A stretch of DNA of 64,000 nt from Octopus vulgaris (GCA_951406725.2 OX597823.1:36518001-36582000); one strand, 5' to 3'. Shown: positions 25,924 to 39,811, counted from the first letter of the stretch. Made by a program: numbers and translations. Notes: generated from the letters alone by a model not told the origin.

Positions 25924-26549
25924 CCCTTTGTAGGCCAGCGAGGTTGGAATTACACAAAAGGCCATTGGTGTCCCGAGAGATCCCCTTTTATTTTTGCTAA
26001 TTTCTGCACTATCCATAAAGTAATATTTGTTTAATCTTGTATATATCTGTGAGTGCATAATACAGAACTAGAAATTTAGCACTTGATATGTATATGTTTG
26101 TAATTATTTGAGTTTAATGGAGGGGAATTAAGATATAATTTATTGACTGAAAAAATCCTTTATTGAAAAGTATTAACATTTTAAAAATAGTTTTATAAAC
26201 TATACATATAGCACTAAATATAAAATAAAACAAAATTATTTAGTATATCGATTCATACTAGTACAAATACGAAGAAAATTGACTTATAGTTCATCGGAAT
26301 ATCTGAAAAAATAACAGAAAAATAATTTCACTCTATGATACCTGGGTTCCAGTTGGACCCAAGATATCATATTTTATGCTTTAGCATCCATATAACTGGA
26401 AACTTTTAACTCAAAATTTGTATGTGTATACATAAGCTTTTGACAATACAAGTCATGAAATATAAAATTATTTAGATAAAAAAATGTAAAAGTTGTGTAA
26501 CTTTCAAAATTTGTTGGGGTCCCAAGGGAGCCTGCTGGTCCACAAAGGG
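25924..26549. mobile_element. Non-autonomous piggyBac-like element (~625 bp)
   Basis: TIRs CCCTTTGTAGGCCAGC / GCTGGTCCACAAAGGG flanked by degenerate TTAA (TTAC, TTCA); internal GGGTCCC-N3-GGGACCC-like repeats at ~25967, ~26343, ~26516. Confidence 0.6.
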
Positions 26550-29500
26550 TTCATTCTATGTTGGAGAAGGAAGCCCCTCTTATTTTTTTTCTTTTGGTTC
26601 TTTTATATGAATTGGTTGGAGGAAGAAGCAATGCTTTTTGCTGTTGTAAAGGCACCATATTTTCTTAATTTATTCTAATCTTTTACCTGGCCACTTGGCC
26701 AAACTGTTCATGGTATCTCCAATATTTACATTAAAGATCAAGTAAAAGCCTACAAGATTTAGTTTCGTCACAACGTACCAATTTGATTTTAGCATCATCT
26801 AGCAAATGGAACTAAGATATGCAAAAGTCCTCTGTAGTTCTGATTTCAGTGCATGTATTTTGGTCAGAAATATAGTAATTGAAAGGGTTAAATGTTAATT
26901 GTTTCTGTATATTTAGTTGTTTTGAATTCAAACAATTTCTGAATCTAAAGAAAATGTTCCTATCTTTTAAATGATGTAAGTTTAAACACAAGAATTTTTA
27001 TTTAGCTTAATGCAGTTATCACTAATGTCACAAAACTACATGTCACTTAATTTTAGAATATTTAAAGCATAGATTTAGTTTTCAACAAAATGGAATGTGT
27101 CCCTTCCATTTTATAGAAATTAGTGGAGTATCTGAAATTTCTTTGTCACATCTATGATTTTAAAATTTTGATCATGTTTGAAAGTTCTTTGCAATTTTTA
27201 GAGCCATAATTATACTTTTAATTGAACTCCCTAGATTTTGTTTTTCAATACTCATGTTGAACCAATAGCTTACAGGTTCAAACTATGTTTAGAGCCAATT
27301 ATATTGACTTTCAGCAAGTTACACATTATTTTGCTTATCTCAGCACGAATCATTTGAAAATGCCCCGCCCCACTTTTGTAGGTTAAAGCTGGAAGATCAG
27401 TTGTTGAATTATCAGAACACTTGCTGTTTCAATTCATGAATAAATAAAAAAAATGAATCCTTTATGAGGTTGTTAGTGCCATTAGCTAGGAACATCAAAG
27501 AAGACTTGGAAAAAGAATTTCTCTCTGCATCTAATTTAATAGCAAATCAATTCCAATATTGCAGTGAACCCTCTAAAAATATATATTTTATTCTGTAAGG
27601 TGTATTTCGTAACTTTTCTATGTATTTATTTTTTAAACAAAATGTCAAAATTGAATCAAATAGGTTGAATAAATATATTGAACTGAAAATATGTCTATGA
27701 GTCAGAGGAAAATGTGTTATCATCTATAAGACTAGTTTTGATTCTTAGTTGATGTGGTTTTATGCATTTTGCCAAAATTGTTTCAGTAAGTTATGAATAC
27801 CATAGTTTTCCATTTCTCCTCTGATATATCTGACTCTTGATTATGTTTGTTAAATAAATACCATGCATGTACACTCAGCCCAGGTAAGTTATGTAACTTT
27901 TATAAACGGGAGATTCTATATTGCATATTAAGTGACCTACATCAAGCTGTGTGTCATCAGCTATTCTGATGATTAATTACATTTTTGTTGTTCTTGGTGC
28001 TGCTACCTGGCATTAAATTTAGTTGAAACAGAGCCTGTGTCTTGCATATTATTTTTATGCATTAATTAAAAGCTCTTCACTTAAAACAAATATTACAGTT
28101 TTCTGTCAAGGAGACATATGTAGGCTAAAAGAGGTATACACAACAGTTCGGTGTCACAAAACACATGATATAGCTTAATGTATGCAGCCCAAAATAGAGT
28201 TTCTCTTCCTTTTCCCAAGGTGATCTAATTGAAATATTAGTTACTAAATATTATATTTAATGTATTTTCAATAAAATTTAATCACTACATTATTTTCATT
28301 GAGTACTGTTTAGTGAACTCTATAAAATCTGTTCTATTTCTATTTAAATGGTAACAATATCCTTTAGAAACTATTTTTTAATCCCTAGCAGGTTTATGTT
28401 TACATAAGCAGGTACTGCAGAAATAAAAAGATGAACAATTATTTGGTTTGTCTAGAAATAACTGTTGAGTACTTTTCTTGCAGTTGTTTTCTTTTTGTAA
28501 TAGATCCCTAGCTTCACATCCTTTCAAACTAGAAACCCAATTCCCTCCAATTTTTATTTTTTATTTTTATTTTAATGAATACAGTTTTCATACAAGTCTT
28601 AGATACTATTTTCAGGTTTTCACTACATTTACTGGGATCTGTACTTAAAGCTGGTTATAGCAACTAGCTGAGTAAATATACTGTTTATCTTTGTACAGTT
28701 CCTTCCTTTAGTAGAACTTCCCTTTAACTGTTTGCTTTTTTAATGGAATTACTCTTGAATAGAGCTTTTAGAAATGGATTTATTTGATCTTCTGCTTAGA
28801 ATCTTTGCTTAATCTGCTGTGCTGTGCTCCCAGCAGCAACAAAGTCCTAGTTTCTTTAATCATTCAACTACAAAGCTCCTTACTGTTGAATTCAAGCTGT
28901 CACTGTTTACTCCAATATTCATCAACTTGCTTCATTTGATTTTGCTTCTTAGGTTTTTGATTCAAATCCACTCTTCTAGGCTTTGGCTGCAATTTTCAAC
29001 ATATTTTATTGAGAATCTGGTTACCATTTTTTGTGATTTCCCTAAGAATAGGAAAAATAGGATGTCTGCTAGATCCATCTCTGTTAATTTTCTCCTAAAT
29101 TTTACTTCCTTACCCATCTTCTGAAAACGCTCTCTTCTGCACTGTCTCTGTTACACATGCACATACACATAGTCATTTTTGCCTCAGATGTGTGTACACA
29201 CTTTAAATGGGAGATTAATCATCAGAAAATCATAATGTTAATGATAATTGTGAACATAGACTTTTATTAGAAATTTAAGGGGGCGGTGAAGTTAAAGGCC
29301 TTAGTTAGAAATTTAAGGGAACGGGATCAAGTTAATTAAGCTTTATCAGTAATTGACTGGTACTTTATTTTATTGATCCTAAAAAATAAAAGACCAAGTT
29401 GGCCTCAAATTTGATTTCAGAATACAAAGAGCTGGAATGATTCTGTCAATGTAAGACTAATGATTCTACCATTCGCTGTCAATCTTCCTTCAAAAATTTA

Positions 29501-31091
29501 ATAAATTTCAGATCTTTGTCGTCTTTCTTTCTCTCATTCTCTCCTTAGTGTACTTTTCTCTATCAGTGAGTGTTATTATTCTCAGTTATAATACTCACTA
29601 TTATACTTCATCTATTTACTGTCACCTCTCTCTTACTTACACATTTCATACTTGTTTAAATTCACCATTCCAAATCACTAATTAAAATACTTAGCTGACC
29701 ATTTGATAAATTATTTTGTCCATCAAATAAACATTTTACTTCAGTTTTACTTCCTGCTTTTCTTATCCAACCAAATACTCCTTGAAGATATTTTACACTT
29801 AAATATCTAAATTAACTGAATTTTACCACCATTGTATGAAATGGAGAAGACATTTTACCTTCATAAAAAAGAGTATCTGCTTTGATTGATGAGGACTGCC
29901 AACTACTTATAATTTATCCCTCATCACCACCCTCCCTGCTTACATTAATTCAATGATTCTCAATTGGTCTCCTAATTATTTGTGGAATTCCCCACTTCAT
30001 CATCTTTATTAATGAGAAAACAAAATACAGTCAACATCCATATAATTCTTCATTTTTTACCAGAATGTTAAGCAAGTTCAAAATTCTGTTTTAATTTTAT
30101 TAAACATGGTGATTTGTCTGCCCATGTTTCAATCCTTACAGCCTCTCTCTGCAGAGACCTTCCCCCCAACCACCGTTAATGAGAAATATTAGATTAGTTG
30201 GATCTACAAGTCCTGATGGTTGCAAAGATTATTCTACAAATGAATTTTTTTTTTAATGCTAACTATTTATGAAGCTATTTGGTGTGAAGATGTGCTGTCT
30301 GTGAATGGTCCATTGTCAGATGTTTTCTCTCTCGTCTTTATATAAATCTTCAACTAGAAACCTCTTTAACTATATTTTTGCTATATATTTTGTTCTCAAC
30401 AAATATTATTTTTAACTTTCTTGATAAGAACTTCATTCAAAACTGCAATCTTTCATAATGGCCACTCAGTTCAGTTTTGAGTTGCAATGTTAAAAACAAA
30501 AAGAAGTTTACAGAAATCTTCAATCACTTTCATGCCAAGTTTGTATTGGCAACTGCTGTTTGGAGTTCAGAAAGAGACTGTTTAAAGGAGATTGGAGTAC
30601 AGATGTCAAGTTTATTTAATATATTTGCATTTCATTATATTTATAAAACTCCTAGACATTGTTTAGTGGCAATTTTGTAAAAAAAAAAAAAAAAAAAATG
30701 CTCTGTGGTTGAAGATTCAATCTTTGTAAAAAACCTTGTAGTCATTCAGTACACAAGGTGTGTTTAATAAGCTATGAACTAGTTTATTATACAGCTCAGC
30801 TGCTTTTACAAAAAATGTATTTGTATTAATTCAAACATAAAAGATGGTAATAAATTATTGTTTGTATTGAACATATTCAGTAGAATTGCATACTCAGGCA
30901 CTTGAAAATTTTAGTTTTTGCTACTATATCTAAGAATTTTGGAAAATATTGATTAAAAAAAAAAGAGTTTATTCAAAATATAACGTCTTTCTTGGCTTTA
31001 TCTTGTCTGTGAACCTCTGTACTCTCAAGTCTTGTCTTCACAATTTCTTTCAGTCTATTTCTCCCATTTTTGTTTTCTGCTAGAATACACC

Positions 31092-33135
31092 GGGGTCTAG
31101 GACAGTTGCGTACTGGACATTTGCGCCCCAGACAACTGCATACCAGATAATTGTGTCCCTGGACATTTACATCCCTAGACAAATGTGTTCTTGGACAATT
31201 GTGTCTCTCTATTATTTTGAAATATTAACTATTTTTTTTCAGGTATATTTTTTGTTTGTAATTGTAAAAAAAACACATTTAGTAACCCTAAAGAAGGGAG
31301 TAGGTAATAATAAATATTTAAAAAAAGGAATAAAAGAAATAAAAGTGTTTAAAATTTACAAGTTTATTTTTGTTTAAAAAACGTAAACAGATTAGCAATA
31401 TTTTAAAAATATTTCAAGATTTTAAAATTATTGTAGTTTCACAAATAAATCAAAAGGTGTGATATTGTGAGCTATTCCTTTAAAAAAATTTATCTTGTTT
31501 TCAGGAGTATACTTATCTAATAATGCCATGTTTCTCTTAGTTGCATTTTTATTTTATTACCGTACTAGAATTTCTCTTTGAAAGTCCCTTTTTTTTTCTT
31601 AAAGACAATAACCTCCTCCTTTTTCAGTGTCGCAGTCAGTTTCCAAATAGTGGGGGTGTTGACATGATGAATATTGCAAAGCCTTGTGCAATCCCTCTAA
31701 GCTGTTATTAGATTTAGGCAACTAATTTATAACTCTTTCTCAAATATTCCAAGACTCAACAGAAAAAAATTGGTTTCATTCTTATCCTTCTCTGGTCTGT
31801 TGCTTGGCCAATGTATGTCATTTCAAAGTAGGTGGTAAATTCTGGAGGCAAATCACAATTGTCAGACAAGGTGATAAAACCATCGACAATGTCAATTAAA
31901 GGAAGAAATGATAATGCAGAAAAACATCTAATTTTCAAATTGAATACTTCAGCTTCTCTATACCATTGTTTTAATCCTAGGTCACAGATTTTCTTAAAAA
32001 TAGACTTAGATAAATGAAAACGACACGAACTTATTGTTACATCTAGTAACTTTTTTTTTACAAAACCTTTCTGAGCTCCTATTTCAAAGTCTATCAACAA
32101 AGATTTTGGATTAAGTTGTGGTTTAAGTTGCAACAAATATGTGAATAGATGAACATGTGTTTCCTTTGTCTTACCTGGAAGAAAGGCAAAAATTCTGGGA
32201 ATACTAAATGTACCTTCTTGGATATGGATACAATATAGCTAATAATATATTGATGGACTGACTTTAAAGTTACCATCTACTGGCCAGTTAGGAAAATTTA
32301 TCAAGCCATCTTCCATAGCAAATATTAGTATTCTAGTCTTGTCATTGATACCAGAATCAAATGCAAGGAACTTTTCTCTAGTTGCATGAAAGCAGAAGGA
32401 TTCCAGTATCTCAAAATTATTCCTTTGCTGTGGTGGTGCATTTTGTGCTTTTTGTCTCCATCGACATACATTTCTTCCCATTGATGATAAAGAGGGCATG
32501 TGGGTAATTGAAAACTGATTTTCATTAGCAATTGTAGCTCCAGTAAGACTTCTTGCTGGTTCACATACTGAAACTGAAGTAGTTTTTAACTCCGACATAA
32601 CTTCTTGTGCTCTATCTTTAGCAGCTGAGGGTCCATGATTATGTTCACTATTCTTGCTTTGCAAATTTGCTTTACACATCTCCAGTATGTTTTTGTTTCA
32701 TTGGCATTTTTCTTATGATAGTGGTAGCTGTAATTTTCTTCAACAAATATCTTTCCACCAGTGTTAGATTTTCTAAGCATAGCCATGGGTTTTAAATAAA
32801 ACTTTGAATTATAAAATCCAGAATGTATGAGACGTTTACAGTTTGCACTGCTTGAGTTAACTAAAATTGTTAGCTTGTATTCCTTTTGCTTTAAAAAAGA
32901 AGAATATACCTTTTGTGTACAATTATGATTAATGAGCTATAACGAGCAACTGTTGGAAAGTATACTCCTGAAAAAATAAGTGTATTAAAAAAAGTAAACG
33001 TGTAAAACATTTTTTTTTATGATAAAAAATTATCAGAGATGCAAATGTCCAGGGGCACATTTGTCTAGGGACACAAATGTCTAGGAATGCAATTGTCTGG
33101 TACACAGTTGTCCGAGTTGCAATTGTCCGTCCACC
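31092..33135 (-). mobile_element. Mutator-like (MULE) DNA transposon with FLYWCH-MULE transposase pseudogene
   Basis: TSD AATACACC at 31084-31091 and 33136-33143; TIRs built of ~15-bp GGACAATTG-type tandem units. Minus-strand frames from 32786: TYWRC...HNH (FLYWCH), DGNFKVSP, IDFEIGA...CRFHL, SNNSLEGLH. Confidence 0.93.
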
Positions 33136-33609
33136 AATACACCATTACAGCTGATCAAACTCTTATAGATATCGGTAAATAGTTTGGAGGCTCTGATGCA
33201 TTTTTGAGAGTTGTGGTCATCTCTATCACATGGTACATGACACAAACAAGAGTCTATTCCTCTGCTAGTCATTGAAGAAAACCACACAACTGAGTCTGCT
33301 GCTAATTGCTGTCACAAGCACTACCAATAATATTAACCTGCCAACCATTCCAGTTTGTTGAGACTTCTACATTACAAGGACATGGAATCACTAGTAGAAA
33401 AGTTAATCATTCAGCTAAGTCTTGAATATTCCAGTTCAGATCTAAAGAAAGTGATTTATAAGTAAATATTTTTATACCAACTGCCACTGTCATACTACTG
33501 CTGCTGCTGCTGCTGCCGCCTCCTCCTCCTCCAAAGGGTGCAAGATAGGAAATGAATATGTGGCTATGTGTGCAAAGACAATTGGCTGTTTTAAAGATTA
33601 TTATTATTA

Positions 33610-33810
33610 TTGGTGCACCAGCAGAATTGTTAGCATGCTGGACAAAATGCTTTGTGACATTTTGTCCATATTTACACACTGTGTTCAAATTCTGCCAACT
33701 TTACTTTTTGTCCTTTCTGGGTCAATGAAGTAAGTTCCAGTCAAGCATTGTGGTTGGTATAATTGACTAGCACTTTCATCAAAAATTTCAGCTCTTCTGT
33801 CTATAGTAGG
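33610..33810 (+). mobile_element. Nin-domain-type tRNA SINE (the only clear full + strand copy)
   Basis: GCAGAATTGTTAGCATG head, GTTCAAATTC B box, CCTTTCTGGGTCAATGAAGTAAGTTCCAG domain; (ATT)n upstream. Confidence 0.65.
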
Positions 33811-33949
33811 TTCATGACCTACTCAACTGTTCTGACATAAAGGGACTCAGAAAGAATTTAGTACAATGACTTTTGGAAGATTTATCTGATGCATTATTTT
33901 CACACCAAATGCTTGTTTATGTGTGCATCAATTGTATAATATCACAAAA

Positions 33950-34091
33950 TGTAAGCTAGAACCAGTTTTAAACTGTAGCTTGGAGTCAGTTCTAGAATGG
34001 TCTTGGAGCCAGTTATAAAATGTAAATTGGAGCCACTTCTAAAACATAGGTTAGAGCCTGTTCTAAAATGTAAGCTTAGAACCAGTTCTAA
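33950..34091. repeat. Degenerate ~24-bp minisatellite x6
   Basis: Units of consensus TGTAAGCTTGGAGCCAGTTCTAAAA. Confidence 0.8.
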
Positions 34092-34837
34092 TATAAATGT
34101 CTGTGAAACTAAATTTCAATACACAGTTGGAATGAAAAGAATGACATGAAAACTATATCTTCCCATGTTCTGTTGCCTCTAGCCCTAAGGCTGAACGTCT
34201 TAAGAGTAAACTCTGCATGTGTGTTCTCTGAAAGAGGAATGTTTTTCATTTTGAGTTAAAATTACAAATAAACTAGTGGATACAGGAGAATGAGGAGTGG
34301 TGCTACTCTCCTATTCACTCAGCTCCTCTCCCCACTCCTATTGTAATGTAATAGATATTAACATTGACAAGTCTGTAATATTCTGCTGCCTCTGCATCAC
34401 ATTACTAACTTGGATGTTCATAGCTTGTCAAGCTCCATACAGGTAGAAATAAAATTAAAATGAAATATGCTTTTCAAGAGAACATTGACTAAAAGGCTTT
34501 AAAATGTCTTTGTGGAGGGGGAGTTGTAAAGCTGCGTGTATATGTGTGAATGTACATACATAATGCGCCATACATATATGTATATGTAAGTGGTAAAGCC
34601 ACAAAGGTGTGTGTATACATACATGATGTATATGGAGAAATTGTAAAGCTACGACTGTTCAGTTGTGTGAATACACTTCCATATATCACTGGAAAATAGT
34701 TTGCAATTGCATTTAAGCCATTTATCCATCAAACTTGTAACTGCCCCATGGGTAGGAGGTGGGCAAAAATCCTGTAAAATACAATATGGTAATTATTTAA
34801 ATAACGTATTCAAATCTAATAACATAGTTGTCCTTGT

Positions 34838-35053
34838 TTAACCCATTTCTCAATGTATTTTTATTGGAATCCACTGTCCTTGTTTCTGTTTATTTTGAAA
34901 ATGAAGAAAAATTTTGTAAAATGACCTTGTCTTTAAGCTGGTGTTTGGAACATAATTCAACATGAAATTTTGGCAGCAGATCTTAATGTAGATCATTTTA
35001 AAACAGGGAGTTTGTATTATAGAATCAAGGGTGGTCTTAGGTGGGTTGGTATC
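34838..35053. mobile_element. piggyBac-type MITE, family B
   Basis: Starts TTAA-CCC; reverse-complement match to 51207-51432. Confidence 0.6.
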
Positions 35054-35710
35054 CTATCTAATCCATATCAGTATGGGCTAGATAAGATTCAACAAGCCAG
35101 AAGTGTGTGTTGAGTCCCAATCAACATCTTCTTTGACTGAGTTTTCTAAGGCTGGGTGGCTTTCCTAATGGCAGCCACTTTACAGAGTGTACTGAGTGTT
35201 TTTCTTTTATGTGGTTTTATCACTCATGAGGCTACTAAGTAACTTGCAAGACAAGACCCCCCCCTCCTGACTGAATGGAAGTGTAATATTCAGGGAGGTG
35301 GCTTTATGTCAGGTGTAGAGAGGCTAAAGTATGGAAGACAAACAGGAACAGATGCTCTGCTGTAGAGGTTACTCCAGCTGAAAAGAGAGAAAAAATTGTG
35401 TTAATGAGGTGTGAGGTGGGTATGCTAAAGATAAATATGAGAAAGAATAGGGAAAGAAGATTGGGAAAGGTGGGTAGGTGACAGGTGGTTAGAGACAGAG
35501 ACAGATAGAGGTGAATGCATTGAATGGTGAACTTGGGTGGGTGGTGGTGAGTGGTGAATATCAATGTGTGAGGGTAAGGTAAAAGAAATGAGAGAGGAGG
35601 TGGTAGGTGGCAATATATAAACAAAAGTGGGGAGGTGGAGAGCAGAAGGATAATAAAACTAGATATATAAGAAAAAAGGGAGATGATGTGATGTGTGTGG
35701 GAGCAAGAGA
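35053..35710 (-). mobile_element. Non-autonomous element with RTE-type 3' tail and purine-rich body
   Basis: GGCTGG...TTCCTAATG...CCACTTTACAGAGTGTACTG is the reverse complement of the RTE tail; similar copies at ~44200-45010 and ~55905-56900. Confidence 0.55.
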
Positions 35711-35779
35711 GAATTTCTTTGGTAAAAATTTACCTTTTCAGTTTATGGGACTTACTTTTTTACTTAATGACTCAATTGA

Positions 35780-36600
35780 TGCATAATAAATATTGTTGAC
35801 CAGATGGTTTCTTGTCTGATCTGATAACTACCTTGTAATCCAGGGAGTCAGATGGAATTTTTTCAAGTGCAGTTTTGAAGCTTCTGATCTGGTTGGTGTT
35901 GTTATGCAGCATCTTTTGCAGAGACACTACAATGTTCATCTTGATGCTGGAAATGTTCTTGCACCTCTCTTGCCCTTATTGCTGAGAATCACCCATAAAA
36001 TATATTTGAAGGAATTTAAGTTATTCATTTGACAGAGGTAGTAGAGAGCCAATATCATGATAAATCTGACTTTTGACCTTGAAAGTTTGCATGAATCTTG
36101 ACTCAGTTATATCTCTTGTGGCTCCAAATGATGTCATCTGTAGTGCAGCATTGTACTATCTAATTTTGTTTTAGAAGTGCTTGAAATCTTGGTCAGTTGA
36201 TGATAACAGTTTCTTCAATGGCTCTGGAGGTTGAAGGATTGCAGGGAGTTTAACCTTTCCACCACTGCAGCACAGTGCAGCTGTCTCTCCAGGCCACTTC
36301 CTTACTTTACAATGTATGCACTCAGTTGTCATTGCACCAATGGAAACTTTAGTATCATCTGCATAATGAACTGCTGGATCATAATTGAAAGCTGCTTCAT
36401 AGAAGCTGCTTCTCTGAGCTGTTGCAACTGCTCTTTGTTCTGCAGTGGAGATACTATTCCTTGTCAGTCGTGCATACCTTTGTTCATCAGTAGGGTGACT
36501 TTTGTCGTGCACAGTCTGTTCATTTGTTGGCATGCTTCCCTTTCTGCCGTTATCTCTCTTTCCCTGGATAGTGTCATTCTTTTGGCTGATCTTGATATTG
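35780..36600 (-). mobile_element. Helitron Rep/Helicase N-terminal remnant
   Basis: Minus frame: CIHCKVRKWPGETAALCCSGGKVKLP...PPEPLKKLL...F*NKIR*YNAALQMTSFGA...TFKVKSQIYHDIGSLLP...KFLQIYF, the conserved Helitron N-terminal block; possible 5' noncoding part to ~37250. Confidence 0.9.
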
Positions 36601-38189
36601 AAGACAAATTTGCATAAGTACAGATTTCTGTCCCCACTCCTGATTTTGGATGATCATAACTTTCAGAAAAATGGATTTTTTTAATGAAATTTTCTACGAA
36701 TATGTGTTATATCCGGTAGATTCCGAATATACAAAATTTTACAGGTTAAGTGTTTTAGGAGGGGGTGGGATGGAGAATTTCTGAAAATTCACCACAGTCC
36801 ACTTCAGTTCATTTTAACTTTCAAGAAAATGGATATTTTTTTTAATGAAATTCTCTACAAATCTATGTAGATTCTGAGGGACAAAGGAATTTTGGAGAAA
36901 AACAATTAATGGTTATTTTTAAAAACTGTTCCCCACTCGAGGGTGTTTCAGAACAAGTTGTCCATATTTGCTTCATTTTCTCTGTTTTGTGCATTTGTGT
37001 ATCCATAGATTTCTACCCCCCCCCCCACGTAATTTAAAAGTTCAAAAGGGGACTTATTCCATTCAATATCATGTTTATTATAGAGATTTTGTAACAAATT
37101 ATACTTTACACTTCTATATTTAACTGTGCGTGCGTGTGTATTCCTTATTTTTGCTTCTGGTGTCTTCTGCCTTTCCATTAGAAACGTTTACCTGGGAATT
37201 TACTGAAATTGAAAAAAAATCATATGCAATAGATAAGGGATCTAGTTATTTTCAATGAGAAATATTAGATCACAGATAAATTGTCTTAGTCACATATTTC
37301 TGTGTAGCAGACCATTAGATGTTATTTTTAGCATAATGAGTTTTCTGGTGAGGGTTTCATTTGCCTTCATTGCCTGTTTGTTGCTTCAGTAGAAATCTAC
37401 GGATGCACAAACACACAAAACAGAGAAAATGAAAGAAATATGGATGACTTGTTCAGAAACACCCCTGAGTAAACCCCCAATTGTTTTCTCCCCAAATTTG
37501 TGACCATTGCACATGCAGAATGCCAGTAATTCTGTGCATGAGGTTATTGCACCAGTAGTCATCTTCAACCAGGCTCACATTTGTGCCTTTCATGCTTGTA
37601 GTGGCGTCTTCTACTCCACTGGGCATGATTATTGCCTTGACTGTGATTACACACCCTCAAGTTTTATGTCCAATAATGCTTGCACAGCACCTCATTGACC
37701 CTCTTCATCCTACTGATATGATCTAGAGTGAAGCCAGCACAAGATATCCAGTGCCAATATGGGTTGCAGGCTGAGGAATGTGGGAACACCTTGCAAGCAA
37801 AAGATCACCAAAATGTTCAATACTATCCCCTTTATATCAGCATGACCTTCTAGAAACATGCTTTAACAAAAGCTAATGGGTGCCTGGTCTTCTAGCATAC
37901 CAAACACCATCCCAAAATTTCTGAGGGCCTGTGCTATTGCTAGACAGTTGTTGAACCTACACTGGGTTCATCTGTCCTTTTGACAGGTCCTTTTTTTGAG
38001 TCCTGTTAGGTTTCTATAGCAAGCATCCTCACCAGGGGAGCCTAGTGGTGGTGCCAGTTTAGCTGCTGACAAAGCAAGTACGTAACAAGTTGTACTGGAT
38101 TCCATGTTACTAGTAGCACTCACAAGAGCTCTCACAATTGGCCTGACATATATACATGTACACACATATTCACTCACACTTTCATTTTT

Positions 38190-38315
38190 CTTCTACCAAA
38201 TCCACTCACAAGGCTATAATTGGCCTGGGGCTATAGAAGAAGTTGCTTGTTCAAGGTGCTACACAGTGGGATTGAACCCAGAACCATGTGGTTGAAAAAC
38301 AAACTTATTAAACAC
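38190..38315 (-). mobile_element. tRNA/CORE-like SINE head
   Basis: Reverse complement of the family at 53965 (CTACCAAATCCACTCACAAGGC...GGGATTGAACCCAGAACCATGTGGTTG). Confidence 0.75.
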
Positions 38316-38385
38316 ACAAGAAGGTTGAAAAAGTGTGACACACTGTCACACTGACATTTGCATTTTTTAACACCTAGCTAAATTG

Positions 38386-38386
38386 T

Positions 38387-38433
<47 letters not shown>

Positions 38434-38519
38434 ATATATATATTATATATATATATATACATATATACATATATATATATACATATAATATATATATATA
38501 CATATATACATATATATAT

Positions 38520-38593
<74 letters not shown>

Positions 38594-39207
38594 ATATAAT
38601 ATATACATACATATATATATATACATATATATATATACATATACATACATATATATATACACATACATATATATATATACACATACATATATATATACAC
38701 ATACATATATATATACACATACATATATATATACACATACATATATATATACACATACATATATATATACACATACATATATATATACACATACATATAT
38801 ATATACACATACATATATATATACACATACATATATATATATACACATACATATATATATATACACATACATATATATATATACACATACATATATATAT
38901 ATACACATACATATATATATATACATACATATATATATATATACATACATATATATATACACATACATATATATATATACACATACATATATATATATAC
39001 ACATACATATATATATATACACATACATATATATATATATATATACACATACATATATATATATATACACATACATATATATATATATACACATACATAT
39101 ATATATATATATACACATACATATATATATATATATACACATACATATATATATATATACACATACATATATATATATATACATACATATATATATATAT
39201 ATATATA
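38386..39207. repeat. Compound microsatellite/minisatellite (TA)n-CACATACA, ~820 bp
   Basis: Tandem units TACACATACA(TA)n of variable length. Confidence 0.98.
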
Positions 39208-39608
39208 CCAATTAAGGACTGAACACGAAAAGTGGACAGTCAACATGCTAGATATAGACGTCAAATCGTCATTCTCTCCACAAAAGATTATGTTCTCAGA
39301 TCAAACTCAACACAAAACCATAGCAATAAACAAGTGAAAAATATACGAAATAAATAATTACTTTAATTATTTTATTTCGTATATTTTTCACTTGTTTATT
39401 GCTATGGTTTTGTGTTGAGTTTGATCTGAGAACATAATCTTTTGTGGAGAATGACGATTTGACGTCTATATCTAGCATGTTGACTGTCCACTTTTCGTGT
39501 TCAGTCCTTAATTGGTATATATAAATATTTTAATCTTCGGATTCTTTTTTAATATGCTAGACCACTGGTCTTAATTGATAAATATCAATTTCTACCCTTA
39601 ATTAATTT
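39200..39608. mobile_element. Near-perfect foldback element (~160-bp arms, 3-nt loop) with an ~85-bp unique extension, embedded in microsatellite
   Basis: 39200-39360 is the reverse complement of 39364-39523 with only two small indels seen; loop CTT. Confidence 0.92.
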
Positions 39609-39650
39609 TTATATATATATATATATATATACACATACATATATATATAT

Positions 39651-39682
<32 letters not shown>

Positions 39683-39704
39683 ACATACATATATATATAT
39701 ATAT

Positions 39705-39736
<32 letters not shown>

Positions 39737-39810
39737 ACATACATATATATATATATATATACACACATACATACATATATATATATATAATTAATAATAA
39801 TAATAATCAT
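39609..39810. repeat. (TA)n-CACATACA compound microsatellite followed by (AAT)n
   Basis: Direct reading. Confidence 0.95.
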
Positions 39811-39811
39811 A

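Noticed and set aside
37560-38140. GC-richer unique block, possibly coding or a TE
   Set aside because: No frame gave a recognisable motif; left unassigned
38367-39264. Five 270-280 aa ORFs (YI/HI/CM repeats), and similar ORFs at 5.5, 39.6, 40.6-41.0 and 57.3 kb
   Set aside because: Artefacts of stop-free (TA)/(CA) microsatellites
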